A DNA stretch of 64,000 bases from Catajapyx aquilonaris (taxonomy: Eukaryota). Made by a program: the position numbers and the translations under genes. Below the pieces are notes generated by a model that searched no databases, was not told where the DNA came from, and was given only the letters and a program-made list of their open reading frames with translations. Positions 36,640 through 49,700 of the stretch are shown in pieces; the first letter of the stretch is position 1; the number at the start of each line of letters is the position of its first letter. Location of the stretch: contig JYFJ02000747.1 of the NCBI GenBank assembly GCA_000934665.2, positions 1 to 64,000 on the forward strand, in the 5' to 3' direction.

Positions 36640-39600
36640 TAATAATAATAACAACAATAACAATAATAATTTGTACCTCGTGCTAGAGCCATGGGCCCTC
36701 TTAGGGGGGTGGGATACCACCATATGTTTTTTTTAAAAATCTGGAACTCTTGCTTTTGTTTTTACTTCTCGTATATGGGGATGGGATAGGGACGGAAGGA
36801 AGCGGCTGTGGCCTATAATTACGGACACAACCCCGGAATTTTCCTGGTGAGACCATGGGAAACCACAGAAAACCACGGTCAGGGTCGGCGTCCACCGGGA
36901 TTCGAACCCAGGACCTCCCGATTAGCAGTCGGATACCATATCCTCTCCGCTACCACTGCTTCGGTCATTTCCCACGAGTTTAGAATAAGTTCTGAGTCTG
37001 GCAGTGGAACGTTCGCTTCTGCAAGACTCTTTGGGAGGTATAGATATACTACTGGATCTATTTACACCTCCAAAACTTTCCCTCCCTTGAGCTCCGTGAA
37101 TCATCAACTACTACACTGAAGTCAAATATTACGATGAAAAGGCAGGGCAAGGTAGGCCACCCCACATAGAAACCCGACAAGGTCCTCACTAAGATGCGGT
37201 GTTGTCATATCATGCATGTAATAATTTACAAGCAAATGAATATTTCTCAGATTCATCAGCACAATATTAGCATAAATAATAAAGAAACCGGAACTTCTTC
37301 AACTTAAAACAGGAAATACGCTGTGTATCGGGGTGCGCAATTTTTTTATATTATAACCTGGGGGCAAATAATTTTCGAGCAAACTTAATAATTTACTACA
37401 GAACGAAGGGCAAAAATTTCCCAGAAGATTTGAAACTTGAAAGTTGTTCCGTCCCGGAATTTCTGACATCTGGAAAGATGATTCTCGTGCCTGCAGAGGC
37501 ATAAGCAGACGAGATCGATTCTGCATATTTTAATTTCTAACACAAAATGATTCACACCATTTATGTCCAACCAGTTAGGTTAATGTCAAACAGTGATTAA
37601 ACCACATTTTAGATAACTATTGACGCATCAGGTAGGGAAAAAAAGTGGTCTCTCTCTGAGTTCACAACTGGTACGAACCACCTTGGCAAAATGGTCATTC
37701 CCACAACAAGTATTGTGTGTAACCCCATGTGTTTGATGTAAAATCAATATCAAAAAGCACCGTTATCCACAACACATCTGGCCTGTGGTCACCCCGAAGT
37801 TTAAAGAGAGCCCATTAAAAACCTATAATTATTCTACCACATTAACTGAACAGAATTACAACAACATTTTGCAATGTTGTAACTTCTTGTAAAAATAAGA
37901 GGCTAATGTTAATGTTTTGCTCGGAGATACGAGGCCTGCTCTGGACATCACTGATGGGTCTGGGTCAGACGTAAAGATCAGAGGTCTGGCCCCTGTAGGG
38001 ATTAGCTTCTAGCATATCAAACGTGTAAAGGTAAGTCTGAAGTGGTGGTGCCCATGGGCAAGGAATCGTTAAAGTCCGAGTTGCGCAATCTGGGGGCGGA
38101 CATGGGGAACTGGAGCATACGTTGCCCCGGGTAGTTCAAAAACTGCCAAAAACACCGGACGGTATTATAACCTGTTTCTCCAGAAACTCGCTTTGTTATC
38201 CTTTCGTATCATAACTACCGGCTGAGAACTTCAAGGTACCCACCTAAATCCAACGAAGTCTGAACCTACTGGTCGTATCAAAGGCATTTAGAAATGTCAA
38301 CCTACTTCCTCCAAATCGTTGACATCCTCTAACTCAATGTGACACTTCTCTCCAGGCATTGCCTATTAACCCCCTTTCTTTTGCGAAACTAATATCGAGG
38401 TTACAGTATTTCCCTCAGGGTATAAAATACTAGCACCAAATCAATATATAGCTGAAGCTAGTAATCGGGACTGATTATGGCTTCATATTACTGTAAAACA
38501 TTAGTTATTAAATTATACTGGAAAGAGGAGATAAAATTGGGGAATTTCCAAGCACCGCGAAAACCCTTCAGGGATGAAACTGGATAATGCTGTGGAGAAT
38601 CGAAAACCCTTTTCATGCTGGCCTCTCTTTAATTAAACCATTGGTGTTGTGGGTAGTACCTATACAAACTTTTCTGCTGTATAATTACCCACTAATTTAC
38701 GATGCATCCTTTCAATATTAACTTATCATATTTCAGTACTGTGCTCCAATGAAACTAACTCGCAGTTCGCTTTGAAATACTGATGAAGACAATAACTGCC
38801 GCTTTATGATCTGATTTTCTCCTCCAGGTCTTAGCTTATAAGCTGAAGTTGTCGCTTCAGAGGTATTTGTGCATTGAATTAGGGAAGTTCGTGTCGTACC
38901 ACTTCATTACAGCCATGCACACAATTAAATTCGTTGCATTAAGTCATAAATGAGGTGTTATCTTGTTATCTTTTGCATGTTCCAGACCTCATTATTCCAA
39001 ATGAAAGATTGAGCTTAAAACTTGTGAGAACTGAGCTCTCACAGGTCACCTCAGGGTCGGGGTCGTTGTCCATAATACATCCCTAAGCAAAATCGCATTC
39101 CTTCTGGATGTCTATGAACTTTTCCAACTGAAGTCTCTATCGAAGGTCTTTCTCAGAATCTCCTTCTTGGAAAATTCAATTTAACTTCTGAACTCTCTCG
39201 ATGTTCTCTATATCAGCACCCAACAATCGCCGTATACTTTGATGCATCAGTATTCTACATGATCGATACTTCAGCAACTTTCAAACCCAATTAGAGCAAC
39301 CCTTTGCCTCCGGAGACTGTAACTATTTCCGTACTATCGGAACTAGAGAAAGACAGTGGCCATGAATCCGTACTACAACGAGTTATTGGTCTGGATAGGT
39401 TGGACAGGATTAAAAGGAAAAGAGTGAGCATAGGACAGAACCAGGAGTTTCATTACTTTCGCTACACAAACTCCATTACTCTGCATTCGGATTACCACTG
39501 AGCTCCTATCATCTAAAGCCTCACGTTACATTACATTCTACGCTGTTCAGGTGAATCATTTGTCTGCATAAACCACGAGAATTAAAACCCCATCTTCCAT

Positions 39601-41424
39601 TGATCCTTACCAGTTATTCCTCACCGCATATCCACAAGGCATAGCAAAAAATGGTGGTAAAACCTGCCCAACTTCCACTCTCACACGTCAATGCAGGTAT
39701 TAAATCTCTCATCTTGCTGCAAATGGAAACCTCCCGGCGTTAGCACCAACGCATTTTCATCAGTTACGTCATTTGAAAAATTCGTTCTCAGAGGCCTATG
39801 CAATAATTATTCAGTTATCAAGATGCATTCACTTTGTTGCATATCTACAGCTTCTGCAATTTATTCTCAGGTTGAACAATGGAAGTGCACAATGTCGCAT
39901 TCAGTGTTCAATTCACTTACAAACTGCCAGTACTTTGAACTATATCATTCTTGCTATATTAGTAACGTCTGCTGTAATTAACCCTTACACGTGCAAGGAT
40001 CACTGTTCTGTCCCATTTTTCGTACGTGCTAACTTCAACAATTCACATCCAGTTTATGAAGCTTAAGTTTCAGTGCAATAATGCCATTACATAATTTTTT
40101 TAAATACCGACCGTTTTGCAAGAGTACTGGTGTGCATGCCTAACATTTTTTAAAAAAAGTTCAGCTATGCAAGCAATTTTCATATGCGAAACCAGGCGAC
40201 GGATGCTGTAAATATTTCAAGAGTTCCGTGGAGCAGTCGAATTCCATACATATTCAAGAAGCAGTCTAAGAAAGTGGACAAATCAGTAGATAAGTCAATT
40301 CGGTTAGGCTGCACGGTAAAACCGGATAGAGTGTATCACTTTAAATGTTAAATCGCGGAAATGTACAGTTCAGGTCAACGGAAGTACAGAAATAACTGAA
40401 GTTTTATCTTTCCAGCTGAATCAATAATATCCATCACGTACCTGACGCGTTTCATGTCATATTTTGTGACAGAACGATGCTTTTTCAACACCAACCCACA
40501 TCCGAATAAAATATTGAACGGTGAATCGGAATTGTTTCAAAATTGAATCATGCTGGGAGATGTCAGAAAAAGCTGACAAGGATGAAACAATGACGCAACA
40601 GCTCGTATATGGCCAACGCACAAGCCTTAATAAAAAAAATCTCTATTGTCAACCCAGTGACATAACAGTTGATGTAATATAACGAAGGGCTTTAAAGCGT
40701 GATTCTAGTACAAAAATTGCGAGATGAAGTCTATTAATAGCATTAAATCTCACATTTTCTACAGAATATGAAAATGGCATCTGCTCGATCCACTCCTGTC
40801 CAATCCTCTATTTCCCTTCCTTGACGTCACAAAATGACGAACCTTTTCACAGCCAAAAAATCGACTGGCACCCACGTTCCAATAGCAAAAATCATAAGAC
40901 TTGAAAAGAACTCGGGAGAATCATTTTGTCCCAAGACAGGTCACATCTAATTTGAAAAGTCGTTGCATTATTAATGATCAAACTTGGGAGTTCTAAGCCT
41001 CAAAAGTCAACAACGTTCGTCTTGCAAGATCTCGCGGAAAAAGAATCATCTTTGATATTTTTTGCCAGACTAAAATAGAGGGCAAACTTTTAAATTGAGT
41101 TCTCGCAAAAAAAAAAAAAATTGCGAAGAACCGCTGTCGCCTTGTGAGAATCTAACGAAGCATGAAGGATGTTAGCTTATCACCGCAACGCTATAAGTCA
41201 ATCAGCAACGTGCCACTATGAACTTATCACAATCTCATTTTCTGATTCAGCATTTTAACAATTATTTGAGTTTTTTTTGTCAGTTATGTGCAAAATGCTG
41301 AGTTCACACGTCAACAACAACCATGCAGGTCAAGTGCAACCTGTTGAACTCTCACCTGCGAAAAATCCGGATAGGAATCATCCCCCACAAAACTCCAGTT
41401 ACCAGCCAAATCTGGCAATTCCAT
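30075..41424 (-). CDS. Class A peptide-type GPCR, paralog B (tandem duplicate), 8 coding exons
   Basis: Exons 41424-41356 (MELPDLAGNWSFVGDDSYPDFSQ), 34530-34345, 33631-33504, 32625-32437, 32380-32203, 31715-31506, 30644-30469, 30257-30158 (alternative stop 30075); same intron phases as paralog A (411 aa). Confidence 0.9.
34674..34772 (+). mobile_element. 99-bp non-autonomous mini-Helitron
   Basis: A|TCTATAT 5' end, (CTGT)n-like tract, subterminal CCGGGCAACGCCGG hairpin, CTAG|T 3' end, no TSD. Confidence 0.8.
36560..36965 (-). mobile_element. Full-length tRNA-derived SINE with long (TTA)n tail
   Basis: A box GTAGCGGAGAGG, B box GGTTCGAATCCC, about 110-bp (TTA)n tail; TSD CATTT(T/C)CCACGAGTT at 36545-36559 and 36966-36980. 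Confidence 0.92.
39050..39650 (-). mobile_element. Degraded CR1/Jockey-like LINE reverse-transcriptase remnant
   Basis: Minus-strand fragments GITGK, LDDRS, TPGSVL (PQGSVL-like) and DIENIERVQK with many disablements. Confidence 0.5.
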
Positions 41425-42593
41425 CACTACAGGTACGATCGGAATTCGCTACATTGCCTCTCCAGTTGTACTCAGGTGTCCCAAGTGGTCACCTCCAACT
41501 ATACCTCCACTTCTTGGTTTGGCAGACATCGAAGGTCTGGTTTGAATCCCCGGGGCTCTCCAGAGCCATACGACAAATTCCGAACAGAGGTCTATAAATG
41601 CGCAGTCGCATCCTATCGCGCCTTTCTTCGCTGTCTTCTCTGGACCTCTGCGCGTGAACTTGTCCTCGGATATCGGTATTGCAGAACCCTTGACCCCATC
41701 GCCTTGTTCATAACCTTCGCTGTGATTTTGATGCTAATGTATGGCGATAACAGCTATTTATATCCACTGTCAGTGCTGGAGTTAAACTCTACTTAATATT
41801 TTTTTAAATATAATATAACTATGAAAGCTACTGCGCACACTATTGCGTAACTATCTGCTTGAATTCACGCCTGTCTAGAGACGGTATTGAATAGCCTATT
41901 CAACTTCTGCATCGGACAAACACAATTAGGATCACAATTTCTGCCACACGCACACTCGGCCTTCACCTCCACTCATTATTCGCATCCAACTAATAGAAAC
42001 CGAAACAAAACTATGAACTGATCATAGGGAACTCACTCACATGTGTACATGACATGTTTCACTTTCTGGACTCGGCACAGCTGAAGGTTTATTTATAATG
42101 GTCCTCAGGCAAAGCCTGACAACCCTTTCAAGATCACATTTGGCAGACCTCAACGTTCCAGAGATAATAGACTCGGAATGTCTAAGTCAAGGGTGTCATT
42201 CTTACACGTAAAATAGCGTGCAGAATATTGAAATAAGTATGAAAAGGATTGGATTACAAAAAAATGTCATTTGCGCATCCAGCTAACGCCCAGGTGTATA
42301 CGTGCCGCCCTTGAGTGAAATCAAATGGTCAATGACACCTAGTCATAAAGTATGACAAATGTAGAAAGGCGTGACCAGGAAGCGTGTGCAAATATTGACC
42401 ATTCCCGATGGGGCGTAATAACTCGGTATCTGGTATCAGCTTTGATATAGCTTCAGCGCGAATTTCAACGACATCTATTGGATGCTGGCGGCATAGCACA
42501 GACTTAGCTGACATCTGCAGGATGCTTGGATTCATTACCGGGCATTCAAGAAGTTTTTGTTGTTGTTTTGACAATGTTTTTTTATCGTAATAA

Positions 42594-42928
42594 ATGGATG
42601 ATGTACTGTACAACATAAACTATACGTTGGTTGGATGCTTTTTGTTTTGTAAAATTGACGAACATTGACGCAGATGACTTCTAGCTTGACGCGTTTTTTT
42701 CGTTTGATTTTTTGTTTTGTAGAATATATTGACGTACATTGACGAATCAAGCTCGAAGTCATCATTCTAATGTTTACATTAGATGACTTCTAGCTTGGTG
42801 CGTTTTGTTCGCTTACATTAGATGACTTCTAGCTTGATTCGTAAATGTGCGTCAATTCTACAAAGCAAAAAGCATACAACCAACATAAACTATAGTGTTT
42901 ATGTTGTACTGTACAGTACATCATCCAT
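42594..42928. mobile_element. Foldback MITE with about 70-bp imperfect arms and internal AGATGACTTCTAGCTTG repeats
   Basis: ATGGATGATGTACTGTACA...AATTGACG versus CGTCAATT...TGTACAGTACATCATCCAT. Confidence 0.75.
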
Positions 42929-44169
42929 GCCATTTGTGGTATTGATGTGCAAGTAACAGCGTAGGTAGTTGCAGCTTAATGAGTGGTTACATTCGGATTA
43001 TACCCAACAATATGCCCACAGGCTTGCATGTATTACGCAGAATGTGCTGTTAATTCCAACTGATTTCTAGCCAATGGGAATAGTTTCAGTTTGCTACTTC
43101 ATAACTTCACCTCTATGCAAAATTATGGAACCACCTGCCTTTTTGCACATTAAACTTGCAATTAAAATTATATTTTGCTTCCTATATTATTTTATAAAAT
43201 ATTTGGAGCAAGCCTACTATAATCAAATGAACTTCTCACATTGCTTGAATACCACCTAATGAGCCGGTAAGGGTAGAATATCGCCTCAGTCCTTTTGATG
43301 TCAACCATTTCCGCCACATGCAGGTCAGTGCTAATGGGAAATACCCGTGGGGGGACGTGGCAAATTGCTGGCACTTGCGCTTAACCGGGTGTAAAAGGGC
43401 AACGACTGTGTGGAATTATTGCGCACGCCCTACAAAATATAATTACATTCTGCCCCACTTTCAGAGCCAAGCTTTTGATGGACAAACGAGCGCGGTTCAT
43501 TTTGAGCCCGCAAGGGTCTTGTTGTCAAAAAGAGTGGGTTTCAAAAGCCCCGCCAAATGACCCCATTGCTTCCGAATGCGTTTATTCATATTTTTCCGAG
43601 TGAAATGCACGGAATGATTCCAGTGGGTGCTCATAAGTTATCTAGCATGATATTTAGCATGCTTATGCAACATGGGTTCAGAGTATACTTGGAACGTACT
43701 ATTTTCAAGGAGGATAAAATATAGATGCAACTGTCACGCTAGCAGTGACACTAGTATAATTCGCAGGCATGCAAATGGGTGAAATAATGGCCGTGTTAAA
43801 CGCACCAGCTGCAAATTAGCAGAGTTTTGAGAAATAGCCCTTGATGCAATGAATGGAGAAAGACTGGTTGTAAATATCTGTGAATGAGAAGTTATGGTGA
43901 AAAATGTGTTAGTTACTCCATTTCACACGATAGGGAACCCCTCTGCTTGGTTATCCTCCACCATTCAGTGACAAATCTTCTAATATTAGAAGTTATACGT
44001 CACTGATGTCCCTGTCACTGATTGGCCATGATGTTTTTCATATTTAGAAAAAACATCATGCTTTCCAAGATGAGAAAATGTCTTAAAATTGCATTGCTAT
44101 TAATACTAAAACAAAAAAATCCATATCATTGCTGCAGTCTTGTAGATTTGATGACCATATTTATAAACA

Positions 44170-44580
44170 GAGGTGATGTAGTGGTTAGCGCCACAGCCTT
44201 CCACCTCTGAGGTCCCGAGTTCGATCCTCGTGTCGCACACAGGACACATTTTCTTACTATATAAGTTATTTTTTAAAATTTTATACCTCGTGCTGGAGCC
44301 ATTGGCTCCCTTAGGGGGGGGGGGGGTGAAATACCACCATTATGGACACAGGACTCTTACGTGGATAGAGTTTCGATGGGTTCTCACCATGTTCGCATGG
44401 GTTTTCTAGGGGTTCTCCCGTTTCCTCCCACAATCAAAAACCATCACAGGAGAGGTGATGAATAATGTCGGTTATAGAAAAGATCTCTTAAAAGGCCCAC
44501 GGAAGCCTATCATAGGGTATCCAATATTATAATATACAACTGAGAATAAATCATAATATATTCTTAAATATAAATAAAAA
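44170..44580 (+). mobile_element. tRNA-derived SINE with V/Meta-like core, interrupted by the 3' tail of the other SINE family (44249-44343)
   Basis: A box GTAGTGGTTAG, B box AGTTCGATCCT, core GGGTTTTCTAGGGGTTCTCCCGTTTCCTCCCACA; the insert matches 36673-36722 and is flanked by GGACACA (44242-44248, 44344-44350). Confidence 0.75.
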
Positions 44581-46777
44581 ATTATATCCATGAAATCAAC
44601 GCATCAAGCAGGAATATGTCATGACACATTCATTAGATGCAGGTAGGTCTCATACGTAACCAGCCGGAAGGAAGGCTCTGACGGCTCTGGAGGTATTAGA
44701 AATGGACCTCTCACATAAGTTCAGTGTGACATAGTGCCATTTTCACTCTGCAAGTACGTGCAGGCACTACCAAAAATGGTGGCCTCAAAATGGCTCCAAT
44801 GTGAACGATGGCCATGGATACCACAATTGAATCCCCAGTGGGTGAAAGTTCATGGAAAACATTAAAGGAAGAACTGAAGGAAAATTTTCCGTACATGATT
44901 TACAGTAATATCATAACTGGCAGATGAAATATCTAATTGATCCCATTACTTTGAGTGTACTCAGCTCATTGATGCCCAGTCACCCAACTTCAACTGCGTA
45001 GTAAACCGCCTATATCTCATACACTGCAGCGATGATAATCTCCCACCTGACACCTCGATCGATTCAATTTCCAGCACCACAACAATTTCCCGTTCACCTG
45101 CAACAAATATGAATATCAAGAAGTTTAAAAAATGGCTGTCAAAACCCTCAAAATTGACCTTTTTTCCAATAACGTCAAGTACAGCGTGATCCGCATACAA
45201 AATGTTGATAACGAACACCCACGTACAATGCAGGTCGTAACTAGAATTCCAATTAGAGCACAGTTTAAACCACAATTTTGTAAGAATGTACTACGAATAG
45301 ATTAGGAAACAATGTAGTGGTTTGGAGATCTATCGGTGGGCAAGTGCATCCCTTTGCGGTAGTGTGAACTTGATCGTTAATCCATTTCAAAGGCTTGTTC
45401 CAATCCAGCTTAGTTGGTCACTTTCGTAATTACTGGCTGGTAGCCAACTTTCACAGCTCAGGCTAATATTGACTATCATGTCGAATAGTAATTAGCGGGG
45501 GGAAAAAGTGCCAGGTAACGTTAGAATATTGGAATGGGATAATCGCTTTAGGCACTTTTAAAATTGCAACCAAAAAAATCCCACAAGGTGGGAGGAAAAT
45601 CTAATAATGCAAAATACTGTTCAACATGTGTTTATTCAGCAGCTATTTTCATAGAATTATTTAATTCAATATTATAGCATGGGTGGATATTCGTTTTGTA
45701 AAAATATTAATTTTCCATTTCCGTACAGTACAACGCCAAATTTGGCACAAGCTCATTCTCCAAATCAAAAAGCTATTACTAGGCCTATAGCCCCCTGAAT
45801 TAATAAATCTGCAGTAATAACGTGACATTATTGAACTTCTTATTCTTAGAAATATGAATAAGCCAGTCGAGCAAACGCACTATCGACCCCAGAATTCTTG
45901 ACATGAGGAACGCTTTGATATAAATAGTGCGAATACCTGCAGTATGGGTATAAATATCTTTCTATACTTATTTCCGATTGTTCCACCTTTCAACCCACTC
46001 AAATGAGGATCTCTTATTGAAGTCCAATGATGTGCGCTTGCCCAGTATGGAGGATGCTCAGTGATGTGGCCTCGGTTGGCGGGACCGGAATTTCATTTCA
46101 GTTCGTTCCGGGATCAGGTGAACACACACCTCACATGCATTCCCTCAGGCACACATCTGATACACGTTAATTAGATTGTAGTGTGGAAGTGCGGGCAATC
46201 AGGACATGAGAGGTGAGTAGGCGTACAGTAGTCTCAGGTAGCACCATATATTAAAAATTAAAAATTAAATGCTTGACATGAAAGCCAGAAAGCATCACTG
46301 ATTGGACACTCAACCATGTCTAGTTAGATCACGCGTAACTAACTTTCACTGGAAAGCTAATTACGATGGGTAATAAAATCCTGGGGATAGTGGCATGTGC
46401 TATGGGACAGTGTGATCCACTTTAGTACGGGTCTATTCATCGGCTTACGAACATGGTGAAAAATGGGTAGTGCCTATCCATTGGGAACTATCCGGGTGTA
46501 AATCCTGGAACAAAAAGTTGGGGGAAGACAAATGACCATTTTTTTGTGGTTCTCCCTCCAAAAAAAGGTGAAGCTTACTGCGAGTTGCATAATGTCCACA
46601 AAACCGACCTGACCCTGACCTAATTTGCTATAATTGGCCAATCGGCAAGGAAAAGTTAGCCCTCATTACCTACTTAGTAGATCAATTTAGATGCCTCAAA
46701 CTTTTTCCTTAAAATGGATCCCCTCACTAAATAAAAGTTTCGGTTTTAAAATATGCAAACTGTGGTTCTGTTTTTAG

Positions 46778-49700
46778 ATGGCTCTACACAGCGACACTCC
46801 AGACGACGACAAACTGTCGGATACACATCATGGAACACTCCATCCGTCTACTATGGGTCAGTATATCGATCACCTTTAATCACGTAAATAATTCAGAGAA
46901 ATTACAAAATTATTGTCTCATCGGATTTTGCCAGTTGGTTCACCTCATTAGCGCCACGCGTGGCAGATATCGTAACTCATCCAAGATTCCACAACCCCCC
47001 CTCGTATTTTAATCAGCTAGGATGAACCTTAATGATGTCGAAAACAAGAAATTGTTCTCCGCTCGTGTCTTAAGCCTGCACCCTGCATTCTCCTTTGCAA
47101 ATTAGATCACGTCATCCATTTGTTAAGCTCGTTAGTGGCATCAAGGACGCCTTGAAATCGACACGGATTTGTCCCTACGACCTCTCGACAAATCTGGCGG
47201 CGTCACAGCGTTGCCCAGATTCAACGAAAGGTTGTTCTCAACAATAACCGAAAAGGTCCGAAACTTCTCCTATAACATCGAAAATGGCAATGCACTCGAG
47301 TGTGGACAATTTTCCGAACTTCTGATTTTCTGTCACGATGAAATCGATCGTTTGATGAGGATGAAAGGAAATATGGCATTGGCTGATGGATTGGGTCTGT
47401 TACAGGGGCTTTAAGATTGGGATCGGTTTTAAAAGTGATGAAGCGATTCGGTTGTATATAACAGTCCTATATATACAGTGTGAAAGGCAGTTGACAAAGC
47501 GGTCGCAAAGGGACGAAAAGGCTTTCAAAATGCACTGTCACGAGTCAGACTTTCAGACAATGCGACAATTTTTTTTGAAGATCTGTATGTTGCAAAGGCG
47601 TGCAAAGGTGTACGTAAAAAACACACGAAGGAATCTAATTTATTCCTTGATTTGTTTTAGAACTCCTGAGTGACATCGACGACTTTGTGGAGACGACTGT
47701 CGTGTTGAGAAAAGACAAGAAAAATGAATTAGGTATCAGCGTAGTTGGTGGAAATGACACCTATCTTGTAAGCATTCTTTGCTTCAAGCAATGAAGCGAC
47801 CTAAGGGCTTCAAGCTGGATTAAATTTGCGACAATGTCACTTTAATGAAAATATGCACTTTGATCATCATTTCAGGCTAAATGTACGGAGCTGCTGCATA
47901 AACATCATCAATTTTTCATCACATATCAGTTTGTTGATGTACACTTAGAACAAACACAGTGCAGCACCACAAGCTCTGGTAGTTTCATAAAAATGAGGTG
48001 CCAAAATAGCATGGCTCTTTCACAACCACTTCATCCTCCATAGCAGTCATTCAGCTTGCAAAAGAGACATAATTAAACCCCCCCGCTATTAACTCAAAGG
48101 ATCCAATTTACACCAAGTAAGCAACGCGATCTCGATCCTAATCTACAAGTTCCCTCCAAAGTATTGTTTAGCCTAATATAGACCCTTGAACCTTCCCTAA
48201 AAGCGCAGTAATATGACGAAGCTTCTAGTCAACAGATTCAAAATCACTTGATATCCAACAATGACAGGCTTAACAAAACTTACGTTTCCTTATAAAGGTA
48301 AGATTTCTTCCTTAATGAATCCAGTCGCCCTTAGGCAGCTTTTTGCAATGGATTTTTTTTTGTCATTTTGTCGTCGCAAATTTTGTTAATTTCGGATTAT
48401 GAGCAGGAATGGGTTTGCGTGTCGTCGGTTGATCCTGAGGGAGTAGCGGCCAAGGACAGGAGACTCAGGAAAGGCGACATTCTCCTGGCTGTCAACCACA
48501 TCTCTTTAAAGGTAGGGAAGCTATACATTTTGTGCAAAAAAGAAGATTATAATTAAAGGATCACTATGGCAACGCTATTTGCAGACTACGATGAGGTTCT
48601 GGATGGGGATCAATGCTGGAGATGAATACAGTACTTTTTAGGGCTTCGGTACCTACGGGTTTGGATTAAAAATTTGGAAGAAAAATCAATGAGCCTACAT
48701 ATTCAGTACATTTGAAAAACTGGCCATTAAGTTTTCAATATGACGTCCTTTCCACTGAGCAAATTGAGTGCACTAAACAATAAAGGGCCTCGCCAAAATG
48801 GTGCGCCATGATGAAAGATGACCCTAAAAATACCTAGCCGTTATCAGACCCCCAGCTGGGCCCCCCAAAAATGGAGAAGGCTTGACTGCTCCTAAATCAA
48901 GGGGCACGAAAAGGTGGGCTTTCTGACAAAAATCGAAATTCCTGCACCGACGCCCTAAATTCGTGTGAAAATTGACACTCAAAAAAATAGTTCTCCATCC
49001 CCATGTGACTATTGTCCAACTTGCTGGCCGGCAGATGGCGCAATCATAGGACATGACTTAACTTGTTCTTTTGTTTCACAAGGACGTGGCTCAACAAGAA
49101 GCCCTACGACTCCTAAAAGAAGCTACATCCCCCGTCCAGCTTCTTGTCCTTCGAGAAAACCCACAGATTATGTTTACAACTTCAGAAGGTTAGTATCCAT
49201 TTTATGTACTCAAACGCCATCTGTGATTAGCATTCTATGAAACATATGAGACATCCTATTAAAGTGACTGAACTTTATGTGACGTTTTGGTTAGCCTGTA
49301 AGACATATTTTCCCCTTATAACAGGGACAGCTTCGTCTTTTCTCAAGTGGCAGACATAACAAAGAGGAAAAAATATATATCAATAAATCAACTTCGTCGC
49401 CAGATGCGGTTACCATTATTGCTTGAGATGGCGGGAAAAATATGGTTCTCTCAGACTTGAATTTCCTAGAAATAACGTGTGGGAGATGAGCTTCTCACAA
49501 AGGGCTTTCATGTGGTTCGCGGTACGTCCGACATTCCCAGCGGTTCTTAATGAAGCCACGATGGCAAGGAGTAATGAGATTAAATATTTGAACCCACCGA
49601 TAAGCGCCTCTATTAACTAGAATTAACATAAACGGGGGGGTTATGGGGGTTAATGAGGGCTTTTATAGTAATGCATCCTGGAGAACACAACGGCCTATCG

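Noticed and set aside
36535..36723. Poly-Leu ORF
   Set aside because: Translation of the (TTA)n SINE tail.
36890..36965. tRNA-Ser(GCT)-like gene (likewise the heads at 11430 and 44170)
   Set aside because: No acceptor stem; followed by a SINE body and tail (with TSDs for two of the three), so these are SINE heads.
44711..45275. Minus-strand ORFs as an exon or transposon accessory gene
   Set aside because: No convincing motif or splice partner; at most a heavily decayed element.
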